From Caulobacteraceae bacterium (lineage in GTDB: Bacteria; Pseudomonadota; Alphaproteobacteria; Caulobacterales; Caulobacteraceae), in the NCBI GenBank assembly GCA_036272595.1, contig DATAYM010000017.1:49128-113127 (forward strand): a stretch of 64,000 nucleotides of DNA, given 5' to 3'. Below are positions 18,139-27,869 of the stretch, piece by piece. Under the pieces are notes generated by a model. It did not search any database and was not told where the DNA came from. It worked only from the letters and a program-made list of their open reading frames with translations. A program made the translations under genes and the position numbers. Numbering within the stretch: the first letter of the stretch is position 1; every line of letters starts with the position of its first letter.

Positions 18139-19421
18139 TCCGCCGCACGATCCTCGAATGGGAGACCATCCGCTACGGTGACGCAGCAGACGAAATCCCG
18201 ACTTATGCCGCCGATCGGATCGCTGCGGTGGCGGCGTCATCGCCGTTGGCCGGTCGTGGCGGTGGGGGCGTCCTCGAACATGGCCGCAAGGCCCTTCGCG
18301 CGCGCGGAGTCGTCGGCGTCATCGCCGCCGGGGGCTGCGCGCTCGAAATCCTGCCGAAGATCGATATCGTCGGCGAGGATCGTGCACAGGCGACTGGAAG
18401 CATCCGTCGCCAGCTCGTCCATATGCTCGCCGTGGCGCTCGACCTAAAGATCGATGCCGGACAGTTCACCGCGCTCGACTGGCAGCGCGAGACGCTGCTC
18501 GAGATCCTGATCCGGCTTTTCTCGGAGAGGCTGGTCGATGCCGTGCGGCAAGGGATGCCGCGCCGCTATATCGAGCATGCCGACGATCTTCCGGCTTTGC
18601 GCGGACGGCTGAACGCGACGCGGCAGTTCACGACGCTAGCCGTCGAGCCGTCCCGGCTGGCCTGCCGTTACGATGCGCTGACCCCGGACATCGCGCTCAA
18701 TCACATCATGAAGGCGGTGGTCACACGGCTCTCCCGCATCGCCCGCACCACCGACAACCAGCGCCGGCTCCGCGAGTTGGCCTTCGCCTATGCCGATATC
18801 GCAGAGGTGCCCGTCTCGGCACTACGCTGGGACGACCTGGTCCTGGATCGCACCAACGGGCGTTGGCGCGAGCTACTGATCCTCGCTCGCTTGGTCCTCG
18901 GCGAGCGGTTTCAGACCACCTCCACCGGCGGCAGCGACGGCTTCTCCCTCCTCTTTGAGATGAACAACTTGTTCGAGGAATATGTCGCAAGGATGCTCCG
19001 GCGCGCACTCGCCGATACCGACTTTCACGTCGTGAGCCAGGGCGGACGGCTTTATTGCCTCGAGACCGAGGATCGGCGGCAGCTCTTCCAAACCAAGCCG
19101 GATATCCTGATCAAGCGGGGCCACGCCGTGTTGCAGGTGATCGACACCAAGTGGAAGCGGATCGCAGCGCATGTCGACGACCCCAAGCAGGGTGTGTCGC
19201 AGACAGACGTCTATCAGATGATGGCCTATGGCCGCCTTTACCGATGCCGCAAGCTGACTTTGCTCTATCCGCACCACATGGGAACAGGATGTGACGAGGG
19301 ATTAATCGGCGATTACGCCATCAATTCAAGCGAGGATCGCCTCGAAATCTGCTCTATCGACATTTCTCAAAGCAGCGACATTAAGGCACGGCTGGCGGCG
19401 CTATGTCGAGAGAAGTGCTAG
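18135..19421 (+). CDS. mcrC: McrC family PD-(D/E)xK nuclease
   Basis: GTGA overlap with mcrB; LEILPKI; LFEMNNLFEEYV; KPDILI; VIDTKWK; DVYQMMAYG. Confidence 0.9.
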   Translation: MIRRTILEWETIRYGDAADEIPTYAADRIAAVAASSPLAGRGGGGVLEHGRKALRARGVVGVIAAGGCALEILPKIDIVGEDRAQATGSIRRQLVHMLAVALDLKIDAGQFTALDWQRETLLEILIRLFSERLVDAVRQGMPRRYIEHADDLPALRGRLNATRQFTTLAVEPSRLACRYDALTPDIALNHIMKAVVTRLSRIARTTDNQRRLRELAFAYADIAEVPVSALRWDDLVLDRTNGRWRELLILARLVLGERFQTTSTGGSDGFSLLFEMNNLFEEYVARMLRRALADTDFHVVSQGGRLYCLETEDRRQLFQTKPDILIKRGHAVLQVIDTKWKRIAAHVDDPKQGVSQTDVYQMMAYGRLYRCRKLTLLYPHHMGTGCDEGLIGDYAINSSEDRLEICSIDISQSSDIKARLAALCREKC

Positions 19422-19748
19422 CAAGATCGGCATTCAGTAACGGCTCATCGATAGATCTTCGCTACCTGACCAAGGCGACGGAAAGTTCCCATTGGCGCGG
19501 GTGCCCCGTTTTTGCTGTGCTGGGCGCGCCGATTGGCCGCCAACATCGCCGCATTGAATTCCGTCTCTAGCTCATCCACGTCGGTGATCAACCGCTACGG
19601 CCGCCCTCCTCCGGGCGTCGGCCGGTAACTTGATCGCCCCGTTGTGTGGCACGGCGAAGAACGGCGCCTGTTGCTTCTTCGAGCCCTCCCCGCCCTTGCC
19701 GCCCGAAAACCGCCGGCGCACAGTCGCGGCAAAAGGGAGGCGTTCCAG

Positions 19749-20429
19749 ATGAAGCTTTATTCCGGCGATCTCAGCCCGTATTCGGCCAAGGTGCGGATGC
19801 AGATCTACGCCAAGGGCATCGAGGGCGTCACCCTGGAGCGGCCCGACGGCTTCGGAACCCCGGAATGGTGGAAGACCTCGCCGATCGGCCGCATCCCGGT
19901 GCTGGAGCTGGCGGACGGGGGCCTCATCCCGGAATCCGAGGTGATCGCCGAATACCTTGAGGAGATCTATCCCGAGCCGCGCCTTTTGGGCGCCACCCCG
20001 CGCGAGACCGCCGAGATCCGCACCGTCTCACGTCTGGCCGACATCTACCTGATGAACAACATGTTCATGCTCAGCGGCCAGACCCGCCGCTCCACCCGCA
20101 ACGACGGCGTCCGCGACCTGCTGGCCGGCCAGGTGATCCGCGGCGTCAAGGCGCTGGAGCACTATATCGGCACGGACGGCTTCGCCGTGCGGGACCGGCT
20201 GACCATCGCCGACTGCACCCTGGTCCCGGCCCTCTTCCTGATCGAGAACGTCATCCCGACCGCCGATGTCGAGGACCCGATTCCCGGCCAGCCCAAGGTC
20301 GCGGCCTATTGGGCGGCGATCCAGCGGAACGAATACGCCGCCCGGGTCCTGGTCGAGCTCTACCGGGGCCTCGCCGAACGTCGCCAACTGATCCGCAAGG
20401 CTGCGGAAAAGGCCGCCGCGGCCTCCTGA
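19749..20429 (+). CDS. Glutathione S-transferase family protein
   Basis: SPYSAKVRM; SPIGRIPVL; ESEVIAEYLEE; LTIADC. Confidence 0.88.
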   Translation: MKLYSGDLSPYSAKVRMQIYAKGIEGVTLERPDGFGTPEWWKTSPIGRIPVLELADGGLIPESEVIAEYLEEIYPEPRLLGATPRETAEIRTVSRLADIYLMNNMFMLSGQTRRSTRNDGVRDLLAGQVIRGVKALEHYIGTDGFAVRDRLTIADCTLVPALFLIENVIPTADVEDPIPGQPKVAAYWAAIQRNEYAARVLVELYRGLAERRQLIRKAAEKAAAAS

Positions 20430-20470
20430 ATGCAGAGGCTCTGCGGACTTTTCGCGCCTGCACATCCTGA

Positions 20471-20674
20471 CCGGATCGCCGGGGCGACGGTGATCGCCTG
20501 TACGGTCAGCTCACCGGCCAGCAGGCCTTCGAACTCTTTGCGGAAAGCCCCATCGACTTCTTCCTCAAGGTCGTCGACGCCCGGCTGACCTTCCGGATCG
20601 GGTCGGACGGCCGCGCCGCCGGCCTCGTCCTGCACCAGAACGGCCGCGACCTGCCCGCGGCCCGGGTCCCTTAG
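20471..20674 (+). pseudogene. Orphan DUF3471-like domain remnant
   Basis: GDRLYGQLTGQQAFELFAESPIDFFLKVVDARLTF...LVLHQNGRDLPA; no in-frame start, preceded by an in-frame stop. Confidence 0.6.
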
Positions 20675-22368
20675 GCCGGCTCGGGCTTGGCGTCAGGGGC
20701 GAGGGCCTGGATGGCGGCGTCGACGCTGTCGAACAGCCGGTTCTCGCCGAGGGCCTGGCGAAGGCCAAGGCGCTCGAACGCCCCTTGCGCGTCGTAGGCC
20801 TCCAGGCGGGCGATGGCGAAGATGACGCCGGCCTCGCGGGCCCGGGCGAGCACGTCCTTGAAGACCTCGGCGGCGGTGAAATCGATATCGATGATCCCGG
20901 TCGCCTCCAGCACTACCAGCTTCACCACGCCGGATCCGGGCTGCATGGCGCCCAGCATGGCGCGACGGAACTGGTCGGCGTTGAGAAAGGACAGCGGCGC
21001 CTGGAACCCGACCACCACCACGCCGGCGAGCGTCTCGCCCCTGGACGTCGGCGTGTCCGGCCACCAGACCGTGGTCCCTGGCACGCGGTGCATGCGGTGG
21101 GTGCGGGGCTGCACGCTGGCCCACATGCCGTGCAGCAGGGAAAGCCCGATGCCGATGGCGACGCCGACCTCGATGGGCAACGCCACCATGGCCGCCGCCG
21201 TACCGAGGATCAGCAGGAATTCGGCCGGGCTGACGGCGGCGACGGCGCGCATCTCTCTGACCCGGACGATGCGCGCGGCGACGAACAGCAGGACGCCCGC
21301 CAGGGCCGCGTGCGGCACATGGGTCAGAAGCCCGGTCCCGAACACCAGCAGCAGCACGATCACCGCGACGGCGGCGAGCCCCGCCAGCTGCGAGCGGCCG
21401 CCGCTCTCGCAGACGATGCCGGTGCGCGGCGGGCTGGCGTCGACGGGAAAGCCGCCGAACAGCCCCGCCAGCAGGTTGGCGACGCCCAGCCCGATATAGT
21501 CGCCGTTGACGTCGTGGGGAGCCCGCGGATCGGAAGGGAAGGCCCGCGAGGTCGCCCCGGTCTGCACCATGCACACGAGCGCCACCAGCAGCGCCAGCGG
21601 CAGCAGCTTCAACAACTCGCCGACCCCGACCATCGGCGGCGAGAGCATCGGCAGCCCGCCCTGGACCGCGCCCAGCACCTCGACCCCGCGGGTCTCCAGC
21701 CCCAGGGCCGTGACCGCCCAGGTCGCCAGCGCCATGCCGATCAGCGCGCCGGGAATCCGCGCATCGATCAGGTGGGTGACGGCGGTCAGCGCCAGCACCG
21801 CGCCGGCGATGGCGACGGCGTAGGGGTTGGCGTGCGGCGCGGCGCGCCAGAGCCCGGCGAACTGCTGGATCAGGTTGCCGCTGACCGCCGGGACACCCAG
21901 CGCGCCGGGGCCCTGGGAAGCGATGATGTGCAGGGCGATGCCGGCGAGGAAGCCGGCGGTCACCGGCACGGAGAGCAGGTCGGCGACCCAGCCCATCCTG
22001 CCGAGGCCGGCGGCGATGACGATGACGCCGATCATCAGGCCGAGCGCCGCCGCCAGGGTCAGGTATTGCGGCGATCCGGCGCCGGCCAGCGCGACGAGCC
22101 CGCCGGCGAAGATCGGCGCGATGGTCGAGTCGGCGCCCACCGACATGAACCGGTTTGAGCCGAACACCAGGAAGGCGAGGCTGGCGGCGATGAAGGCGAA
22201 GAAGCCGAGCTGCGCCGGCAGGCCGGCCAGCCGCGCGGTCGCCATCTGCTCGGGGATGGCGATGGCCGCCAGGGTCAGGCCGGCGATCAGGTCCGGCGCG
22301 ATGAAGCCCGGCCGGTAGCCGGCCAGCGAGCGGAAAACCGGCCAACCCGGCCGTGTTTGCTCCGCCAT
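20671..22368 (-). CDS. SulP family anion transporter with STAS domain
   Basis: DLIAGLTLAAIAIPEQMATA; SRTG-like PPRTG...GGRSQLAG; C-terminal STAS (FLNADQF, IDIDFTAA). Confidence 0.92.
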   Translation of the reverse strand: MAEQTRPGWPVFRSLAGYRPGFIAPDLIAGLTLAAIAIPEQMATARLAGLPAQLGFFAFIAASLAFLVFGSNRFMSVGADSTIAPIFAGGLVALAGAGSPQYLTLAAALGLMIGVIVIAAGLGRMGWVADLLSVPVTAGFLAGIALHIIASQGPGALGVPAVSGNLIQQFAGLWRAAPHANPYAVAIAGAVLALTAVTHLIDARIPGALIGMALATWAVTALGLETRGVEVLGAVQGGLPMLSPPMVGVGELLKLLPLALLVALVCMVQTGATSRAFPSDPRAPHDVNGDYIGLGVANLLAGLFGGFPVDASPPRTGIVCESGGRSQLAGLAAVAVIVLLLVFGTGLLTHVPHAALAGVLLFVAARIVRVREMRAVAAVSPAEFLLILGTAAAMVALPIEVGVAIGIGLSLLHGMWASVQPRTHRMHRVPGTTVWWPDTPTSRGETLAGVVVVGFQAPLSFLNADQFRRAMLGAMQPGSGVVKLVVLEATGIIDIDFTAAEVFKDVLARAREAGVIFAIARLEAYDAQGAFERLGLRQALGENRLFDSVDAAIQALAPDAKPEPA

Positions 22369-22539
22369 GCCGCCGCCCTCCCTTGGGTTCGGCCTGAGCT
22401 TAGCCGCCGCCGGGCCGGCGAACCATGCGTTTATGCTCCGGGCACGGTGGATTCCGCCGGCGGGTGGCGAAGACTGTGCGCCTTTGGCCGCTCAAGGCGC
22501 TAGTTTGCGTCGATCGCCCATCCTATCCCGGCCACGCCC

Positions 22540-23289
22540 GTGACCCAGACCTTCGACCAACTGCTGCAGCGCGCCAGGGAAGACCCCAACATCCTGGCCT
22601 TCTGGCTGGGCGGCTCGCGTGGCAAGGGTTTGGCCACCATCCATTCCGACCACGACTGCACGATGATCGTCGCCGACGCGGCGCTGGCCGACTATCGCGC
22701 CCGCTTCCATCAGGTCAGCCAGAGCGAGCTCGACTGCGTGGTCATGAGCCTGGACGAGTTGCGCGCCTATGGCGAATGGGGCGGCCCCGAGGCCTGGGAC
22801 CGCTACAGCTTCGCCCATCAGACGGTGGATATCGACAAGACCGGCGAGGTCCAGGCGTTGGTCGACGCCAAGGCCCGCGTGCCGGCCGAGGCGCGGGCGG
22901 GGTTCATCGACGCCGCGCTCGACCACTATGTGAACCAGGTCTACCGCTCGCTGAAAAATTTCCGCGACGGGCGGTCGATCGCGGCCCGGCTGGAGGCGGC
23001 GGAGCAGATCCCGCCGCTGCTCGACGCCCTGTTCGCCCTGCACGACGGGCGCCTGCGGCCGTTTCACAAGTACCTGGAGTGGGAACTGGAGACCTGGCCG
23101 CTGGACCGGCTGCCCTGGCCGTCCGAGGTGTTCCTCGGCAAGCTGCTGGCCATCCTGGAAACCGCCGACCGCGACCTGCAGCGCCAGATGCTCGCCGCGA
23201 TCGAAACCCTCTTCCGCGCCGCCGGCCATGACCAGGTCTTCGACGCCTGGGGCCCCTCCCTCCCCGCCATGACCAGCGGGAGGCTTTGA
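22540..23289 (+). CDS. Pol-beta superfamily nucleotidyltransferase with C-terminal helical domain
   Basis: FWLGGSRGKG...SDHD (hG[GS]...DxD variant); C-terminal RPFHKYLEWEL. Confidence 0.65.
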   Translation: MTQTFDQLLQRAREDPNILAFWLGGSRGKGLATIHSDHDCTMIVADAALADYRARFHQVSQSELDCVVMSLDELRAYGEWGGPEAWDRYSFAHQTVDIDKTGEVQALVDAKARVPAEARAGFIDAALDHYVNQVYRSLKNFRDGRSIAARLEAAEQIPPLLDALFALHDGRLRPFHKYLEWELETWPLDRLPWPSEVFLGKLLAILETADRDLQRQMLAAIETLFRAAGHDQVFDAWGPSLPAMTSGRL

Positions 23290-23330
23290 GTTTCCAGTTC
23301 TTCCCGCGCAAGCGGAAGCAAGTTGTTGCG

Positions 23331-23506
23331 CCACCAAGCATACCAGGAAGGTCAGCGCCGATCCTTGGTGTGCTTGGTGTGCTTGGTGGTTCATCCTTCG
23401 GCCGCGCCGAAGCCAATCAACTGCGAAGGCCGACCGCCAAGGACGCCAAGTTCGCCAAGCAGGACTAAGGTCGGCGCCCTTGGCGTCCTTGGCGAACTTG
23501 GCGGTG
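23331..23506. repeat. Two intergenic palindromes built from 9-bp units
   Basis: ccaccaagcataccagg...cttggtgtgcttggtgtgcttggtgg; accgccaaggacgccaagttcgccaag...cttggcgtccttggcgaacttggcggt. Confidence 0.8.
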
Positions 23507-23548
23507 AATCTAAAGTCCCCGCTCGCGCGGGAGTGAGCGGTTCCCGTC

Positions 23549-24334
23549 CTACTTCACCCCGTCACGCGCCGCCCGCTCGCGGGCTAGGCGGGCGAGGACG
23601 CGGCCTCGGCCTTTGGTCAGGGCGGTGACGACGCCGCGCAGGGTGCGCGCCTCCTGGGTCGACAGCCGGGCGCGGGCGAAGATGGAGCGCAGGTTGCGCA
23701 CCATGGACGGGGTCTTTTCAGGCGGAAAGAAGAAGCCCGCCGCCTCCAGCTCGGTCTCCAGGTGGACGTAGAGGCCGGCCAGTTCGTCCTGGCTGGCCGG
23801 ATCGGCGGCGTCGGCGAAGGCCGGCGGCGCGCCGGCGTCGATGGCGGTGCGCCATTCATAGCCGTTGATCGCCACCGCCTGGGCGAGGTTCAGCGAGCGG
23901 AACCTCGGATCGATCGGAATGGTCACGATCGCCTGGCAGAAGGCGATGTCGGCGGTCTCCAGCCCGGCCCGCTCGGCCCCGAAGAGCAGGCCGGTCGCCA
24001 GGCCCTCGGCGGCGGCGCCGTGCAGCTCGGCCGCCGCCTCGCGCGGGGTGATCACCGGCAGCCGCGCCTCGCGCGGCCGCGCCGTGGTCGCATAGACCCG
24101 GTGCAGGTCGGCGGTCGCCTCGGCCAGGGTGGCGAACACCCGGGCGTTGTCCAGCGGCCAGTCGGCGCCCGAGGCGCTGGCCCAGGCGCGCTCCTGCGGC
24201 CAGCCGTCGCGCGGCGCCACCAGGCGCAGATCGGAAAGGCCGAAATTGGCCATCACCCTGGCCACCGCGCCGATATTTTCCGCCAGCTGCGGCCGGTCCA
24301 GGATGACGCTGGGAGCCTGAAGCGCCTGGTTCAT
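23549..24334 (-). CDS. trmJ: tRNA/rRNA SPOUT methyltransferase, TrmJ/LasT family
   Basis: PQLAENIGAVARVMANFG; LLFGAERAGL; SLNLAQAV. Confidence 0.88.
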   Translation of the reverse strand: MNQALQAPSVILDRPQLAENIGAVARVMANFGLSDLRLVAPRDGWPQERAWASASGADWPLDNARVFATLAEATADLHRVYATTARPREARLPVITPREAAAELHGAAAEGLATGLLFGAERAGLETADIAFCQAIVTIPIDPRFRSLNLAQAVAINGYEWRTAIDAGAPPAFADAADPASQDELAGLYVHLETELEAAGFFFPPEKTPSMVRNLRSIFARARLSTQEARTLRGVVTALTKGRGRVLARLARERAARDGVK

Positions 24335-24424
24335 CGCGCCGCAATAGCGGGTTTCGCGCGGGGCGGCGAGCGTCTATAGCGGGGCTCGATTTTCTAAGCC
24401 CCCAAGGCCGTTTCCGGAGTTCGC

Positions 24425-25636
24425 ATGGCCAAGATCAAAGTCGCAAACCCCGTCGCCGATCTCGACGGGGATGAGATGACCCGGATCATCTGGAAGATGA
24501 TCAAGGACAAGCTGATCTTTCCCTTCCTCGACCTGCCCACGGAATATTACGACCTGGGCATCGAGTATCGCGACGCCACCGACGACCAGGTCACCATCGA
24601 CGCGGCCGAGGCGATCAAGCGGCTGGGCGTCGGCATCAAGTGCGCCACCATCACCCCGGACGCCGCGCGGGTGAAGGAATTCAACCTGAAATCGATGTGG
24701 AAGTCGCCGAACGGCACCATCCGCAACATCCTTGGCGGGGTGATCTTCCGTGAACCGATCATCTGCAAGAATGTCCCCCGGCTGATCCCAGGCTGGACCG
24801 CGCCGATCATCATCGGCCGCCACGCCTATGGCGACCAGTACCGCGCCACCGACATCCTGATCCCCGGCGCCGGCAAGCTGACCTTGAAGTTCGAAGGCGT
24901 CGACGGCCAGGTGATCGAGCGCGAGGTGTTCGACTTCCCCGCCTCGGGCGTCGCCCTGGCCATGTACAATCTCGACCAGTCGATCCGCGACTTCGCCCAC
25001 GCCACCTTCACCTACGCCCTGGCGCGGCGGTTCCCGGTCTATCTGTCGACCAAGAACACCATCCTCAAGGTCTATGACGGCCGCTTCAAGGACCTGTTCC
25101 AGGAGATTTTCGACGCCGAGTTCGCCGACCGGTTCAAGGCCGCCGGCATCACCTACGAGCACCGGCTGATCGACGACATGGTCGCCGCCTCGTTGAAGTG
25201 GTCGGGCGGCTACGTCTGGGCCTGCAAGAACTACGACGGCGACGTGCAGTCGGACTCGGTGGCGCAGGGCTATGGCTCGCTGGGCCTGATGACCTCGGTG
25301 CTGGTGACCCCCGACGGCGGCATCATGGAGGCGGAGGCCGCCCACGGCACGGTGACCCGCCACTATCGCCAGTACCAGCGCGGCGAGAGCACCTCGACCA
25401 ACTCGATCGCCTCCATCTTCGCCTGGACGCAAGGGCTGAAGCACCGCGCCAAGCTCGATGGCAACAGCGACCTGGAGCACTTTTCCGAGACCCTGGAAAA
25501 GGTCTGCGTCGATACGGTCGAGTCCGGCTCGATGACCAAGGACCTGGCGCTGCTGGTCGGCGACCACCAGGGCTGGCTGACCACCGAGGGCTTCATCGAC
25601 AAGGTCGCCGACAACCTGGCCAAGGCGCTGGGGTAG
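24425..25636 (+). CDS. icd: NADP-dependent isocitrate dehydrogenase
   Basis: [11 protein letters not shown]; KCATITPD; [14 protein letters not shown]; NYDGDVQSD; [10 protein letters not shown]. Confidence 0.97.
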   Translation: MAKIKVANPVADLDGDEMTRIIWKMIKDKLIFPFLDLPTEYYDLGIEYRDATDDQVTIDAAEAIKRLGVGIKCATITPDAARVKEFNLKSMWKSPNGTIRNILGGVIFREPIICKNVPRLIPGWTAPIIIGRHAYGDQYRATDILIPGAGKLTLKFEGVDGQVIEREVFDFPASGVALAMYNLDQSIRDFAHATFTYALARRFPVYLSTKNTILKVYDGRFKDLFQEIFDAEFADRFKAAGITYEHRLIDDMVAASLKWSGGYVWACKNYDGDVQSDSVAQGYGSLGLMTSVLVTPDGGIMEAEAAHGTVTRHYRQYQRGESTSTNSIASIFAWTQGLKHRAKLDGNSDLEHFSETLEKVCVDTVESGSMTKDLALLVGDHQGWLTTEGFIDKVADNLAKALG

Positions 25637-25700
25637 CTCGCCCGCCTCTTCGAGACCCCTCCCAGAGGGAGAAGGACGGGCCCGCGGCGCGTAGCAGTCT
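25637..25700. repeat. Partial alphaproteobacterial intergenic palindrome
   Basis: cccctcccagagggagaagg hairpin followed by gggcccgcggcgcg. Confidence 0.4.
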
Positions 25701-25877
25701 AATCTGAGACAAGGCCGCCTCGGGCGCCGCTCGTGGGGCGCGTCCGCCGTCATGTCGGGCGTTGATTTTCAGGGCGCCCGGGCGCCCGCGGCCGCCTGAT
25801 GGAATGCGAATACCGCCGAGCGGCGAAATCGCCCAATCTGCATCGCCACAAGGCCGACAGAGGAGACAGGAATCGAG

Positions 25878-26630
25878 ATGACCGAGACCGTCTATGACCG
25901 GCACGCGGACTTCTACCTCGACTTCATCGACCGCGGGCTGGCCTCGGAGAACGGCTACACCCGACTGCTGCTCGAGACGCTGGTCGCGTGCCTGGCCGAA
26001 CGGCTCCCCGGCGCCCGGGTCTGCGACCTGTGCTGCGGCGAGGGCTATGTCGGCCGGCGCCTGCTGACGCGCGGCGCCCGCGAGGTGGTCGGCATCGACG
26101 CCTCGGCGGCGCTGATCGAGGCGGCCCGGGCCCGCGCCGATGCGCCCGGGCTCTCCTATCGCGTCGACGACGCCCGCACGCTGGGATCGGCGATCGTAGG
26201 CGAGTTCGACCTGGTCGTCTCGCAGATGGCGATGATGGACGTCGCCGACCACCGCGCGCTGTTCGCCGCCGTCCGCCGCATCCTGCTCCCCGGCGCGCCC
26301 TTCGTCTTCTCCATGCTGCATCCCTGTTTCGAGGGGCGGCCCTTCCACGTCCGCGACGCCCCGCCCTATGTGGTGGACGAGGCGGGCCGGCCGGTCGCTT
26401 TCGCCGTGCGGCGCTACGCCTCGGAAGGCTTCTGGGATTCCGGCGGCGACGGCGTTCGCGGCCACATGGGCTCCTACCACCGCATGCTGTCGACCTACGT
26501 CAACGACCTTATCGCCGCCGGCTTCGCGCTCGAGCGGCTGGAGGAGCCGCTGGCCGGCGCCGACGCCGCCAGGGCCGGCCTGTTCGCCGAGGTCCCGACC
26601 GTTCTGGTGGTCGCCGCTCACGCCATCTAG
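25878..26630 (+). CDS. Class I SAM-dependent methyltransferase
   Basis: VCDLCCGEG; VVGIDAS; FSMLHPCF; YHRMLSTYVNDL. Confidence 0.88.
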   Translation: MTETVYDRHADFYLDFIDRGLASENGYTRLLLETLVACLAERLPGARVCDLCCGEGYVGRRLLTRGAREVVGIDASAALIEAARARADAPGLSYRVDDARTLGSAIVGEFDLVVSQMAMMDVADHRALFAAVRRILLPGAPFVFSMLHPCFEGRPFHVRDAPPYVVDEAGRPVAFAVRRYASEGFWDSGGDGVRGHMGSYHRMLSTYVNDLIAAGFALERLEEPLAGADAARAGLFAEVPTVLVVAAHAI

Positions 26631-26658
26631 GGGACGCGCGGCCGCGGGCGCGCGCCGG

Positions 26659-27297
26659 TCAGCCGGCGGTGATCGCGGCCGCCGTCATGCGGGCAAGCCT
26701 CCTCAGCCGCCGCCGGTCGCAGCGGTCGCCCATAACCACCTGGCTCCAATAGAGCGGTCCGATAAGCAGGTCGCTCGCCGCGCGCCGGTCGACGTCGGCG
26801 GGCAGCTCTCCCCGGGCGATGGCCCGGTCGACCAGCGCCTTGACCTTCTTTTCCCGCGCCATCTCGCCCGGCCGCATCGCCGCGGCCAGAGCCGGCTCGC
26901 GCGGGATCGCCGTATAGAGATCGGGCAGGATGCGGCGCACCAGCGGGTGGCGCAGGATGCGGCGCACGGCCAGCAGCGCCGCATAGAGGTCGGCCTCCAG
27001 CGAGCCCTGGTCGCCGGGATCGGCCAGGGTTATCGCCTCCGCCGAGAGTCGCCGCACCAGGTCCGCGGCCATGTCGGCCTTGGAGCGCCAGCGGCGATAG
27101 AGGGCCGCCTTGCCCACCCCGGCCTTGCGGGCCACGGCGTCGAGGCTGAGCGCGGAATAGCCGACCCGCGCCCATTCCTCGAAGAAGGTCCGCGCCAAGG
27201 CGTCGGTGATCTGCGGGCGCTTCACCGCCGCGCCGTTCACGCGGCCGGCGTTTGCGGTGGTCCCGCTCGCAGGCTCATCCGTCGGGTCGGCATCCAT
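26659..27297 (-). CDS. TetR family regulator
   Basis: LSLDAVARKAGVGKAALYRRWRSK HTH; start position uncertain. Confidence 0.85.
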   Translation of the reverse strand: MDADPTDEPASGTTANAGRVNGAAVKRPQITDALARTFFEEWARVGYSALSLDAVARKAGVGKAALYRRWRSKADMAADLVRRLSAEAITLADPGDQGSLEADLYAALLAVRRILRHPLVRRILPDLYTAIPREPALAAAMRPGEMAREKKVKALVDRAIARGELPADVDRRAASDLLIGPLYWSQVVMGDRCDRRRLRRLARMTAAAITAG

Positions 27298-27377
27298 CAC
27301 GACGGAACTGTTGCGTTCCATCGCCGGCCGCCCTATCACGTCGAGACGATCCTGTTCCATCGATGGAGACTTAACCC

Positions 27378-27836
27378 GTGACCGCCGTCAAGCCAACCAT
27401 CCTGGACATGCTGACGGGCGCCCTGGGCGGCCGCGTCGACCCGGCGGCGAAGAGCTTCGTCGAGATGATGTCCGACGACTTCGTGATGGAATTCCCCTAC
27501 GCCCGGCCTGGCATGCCGACCCGGGTGGAGGGCCGCGCCGCGGTGCTGGCCCACCTGGTCAAGGTCGGCGAGGGGGTGAGCGTCGAATCGGCCAGCAACC
27601 TCGTGGTGCACGAGACCACCGACCCGGAGGTGGTGATCCTGGAGTTCGACGGCCACGGCCGCTCGGCGAAGACCGGCGAACCCTACGAGCAGCGCTATAT
27701 TTCGGTGATCCGCACGCGCGGCGGCAAGATCGTCCACTTCAAGGACTACTGGAACCCGATCCAGGGCCTGAAGGCCCAACTGGGCTCGGCGGCGGTCGAC
27801 GCCTTCATCCTCGGCGCCCCGGCGAAGGCGCGCTAG
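27378..27836 (+). CDS. SnoaL/PhzA-B-like NTF2-fold protein
   Basis: DFVMEFPYA; PYEQRYISVI...GKIVHFKDYWNP. Confidence 0.85.
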   Translation: MTAVKPTILDMLTGALGGRVDPAAKSFVEMMSDDFVMEFPYARPGMPTRVEGRAAVLAHLVKVGEGVSVESASNLVVHETTDPEVVILEFDGHGRSAKTGEPYEQRYISVIRTRGGKIVHFKDYWNPIQGLKAQLGSAAVDAFILGAPAKAR

Positions 27837-27869
27837 GGCGGCCGTCCCGGCTGGACGAGGAGACATGGC

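Noticed and set aside
20693-22345. 550-aa and 457-aa ORFs overlapping SulP
   Set aside because: Alternative-frame or antisense shadows with Arg/Gly/Ala-rich composition.
23331-23506. Possible CRISPR array
   Set aside because: Units are 9 bp, palindromic, with no unique spacers and no cas genes.
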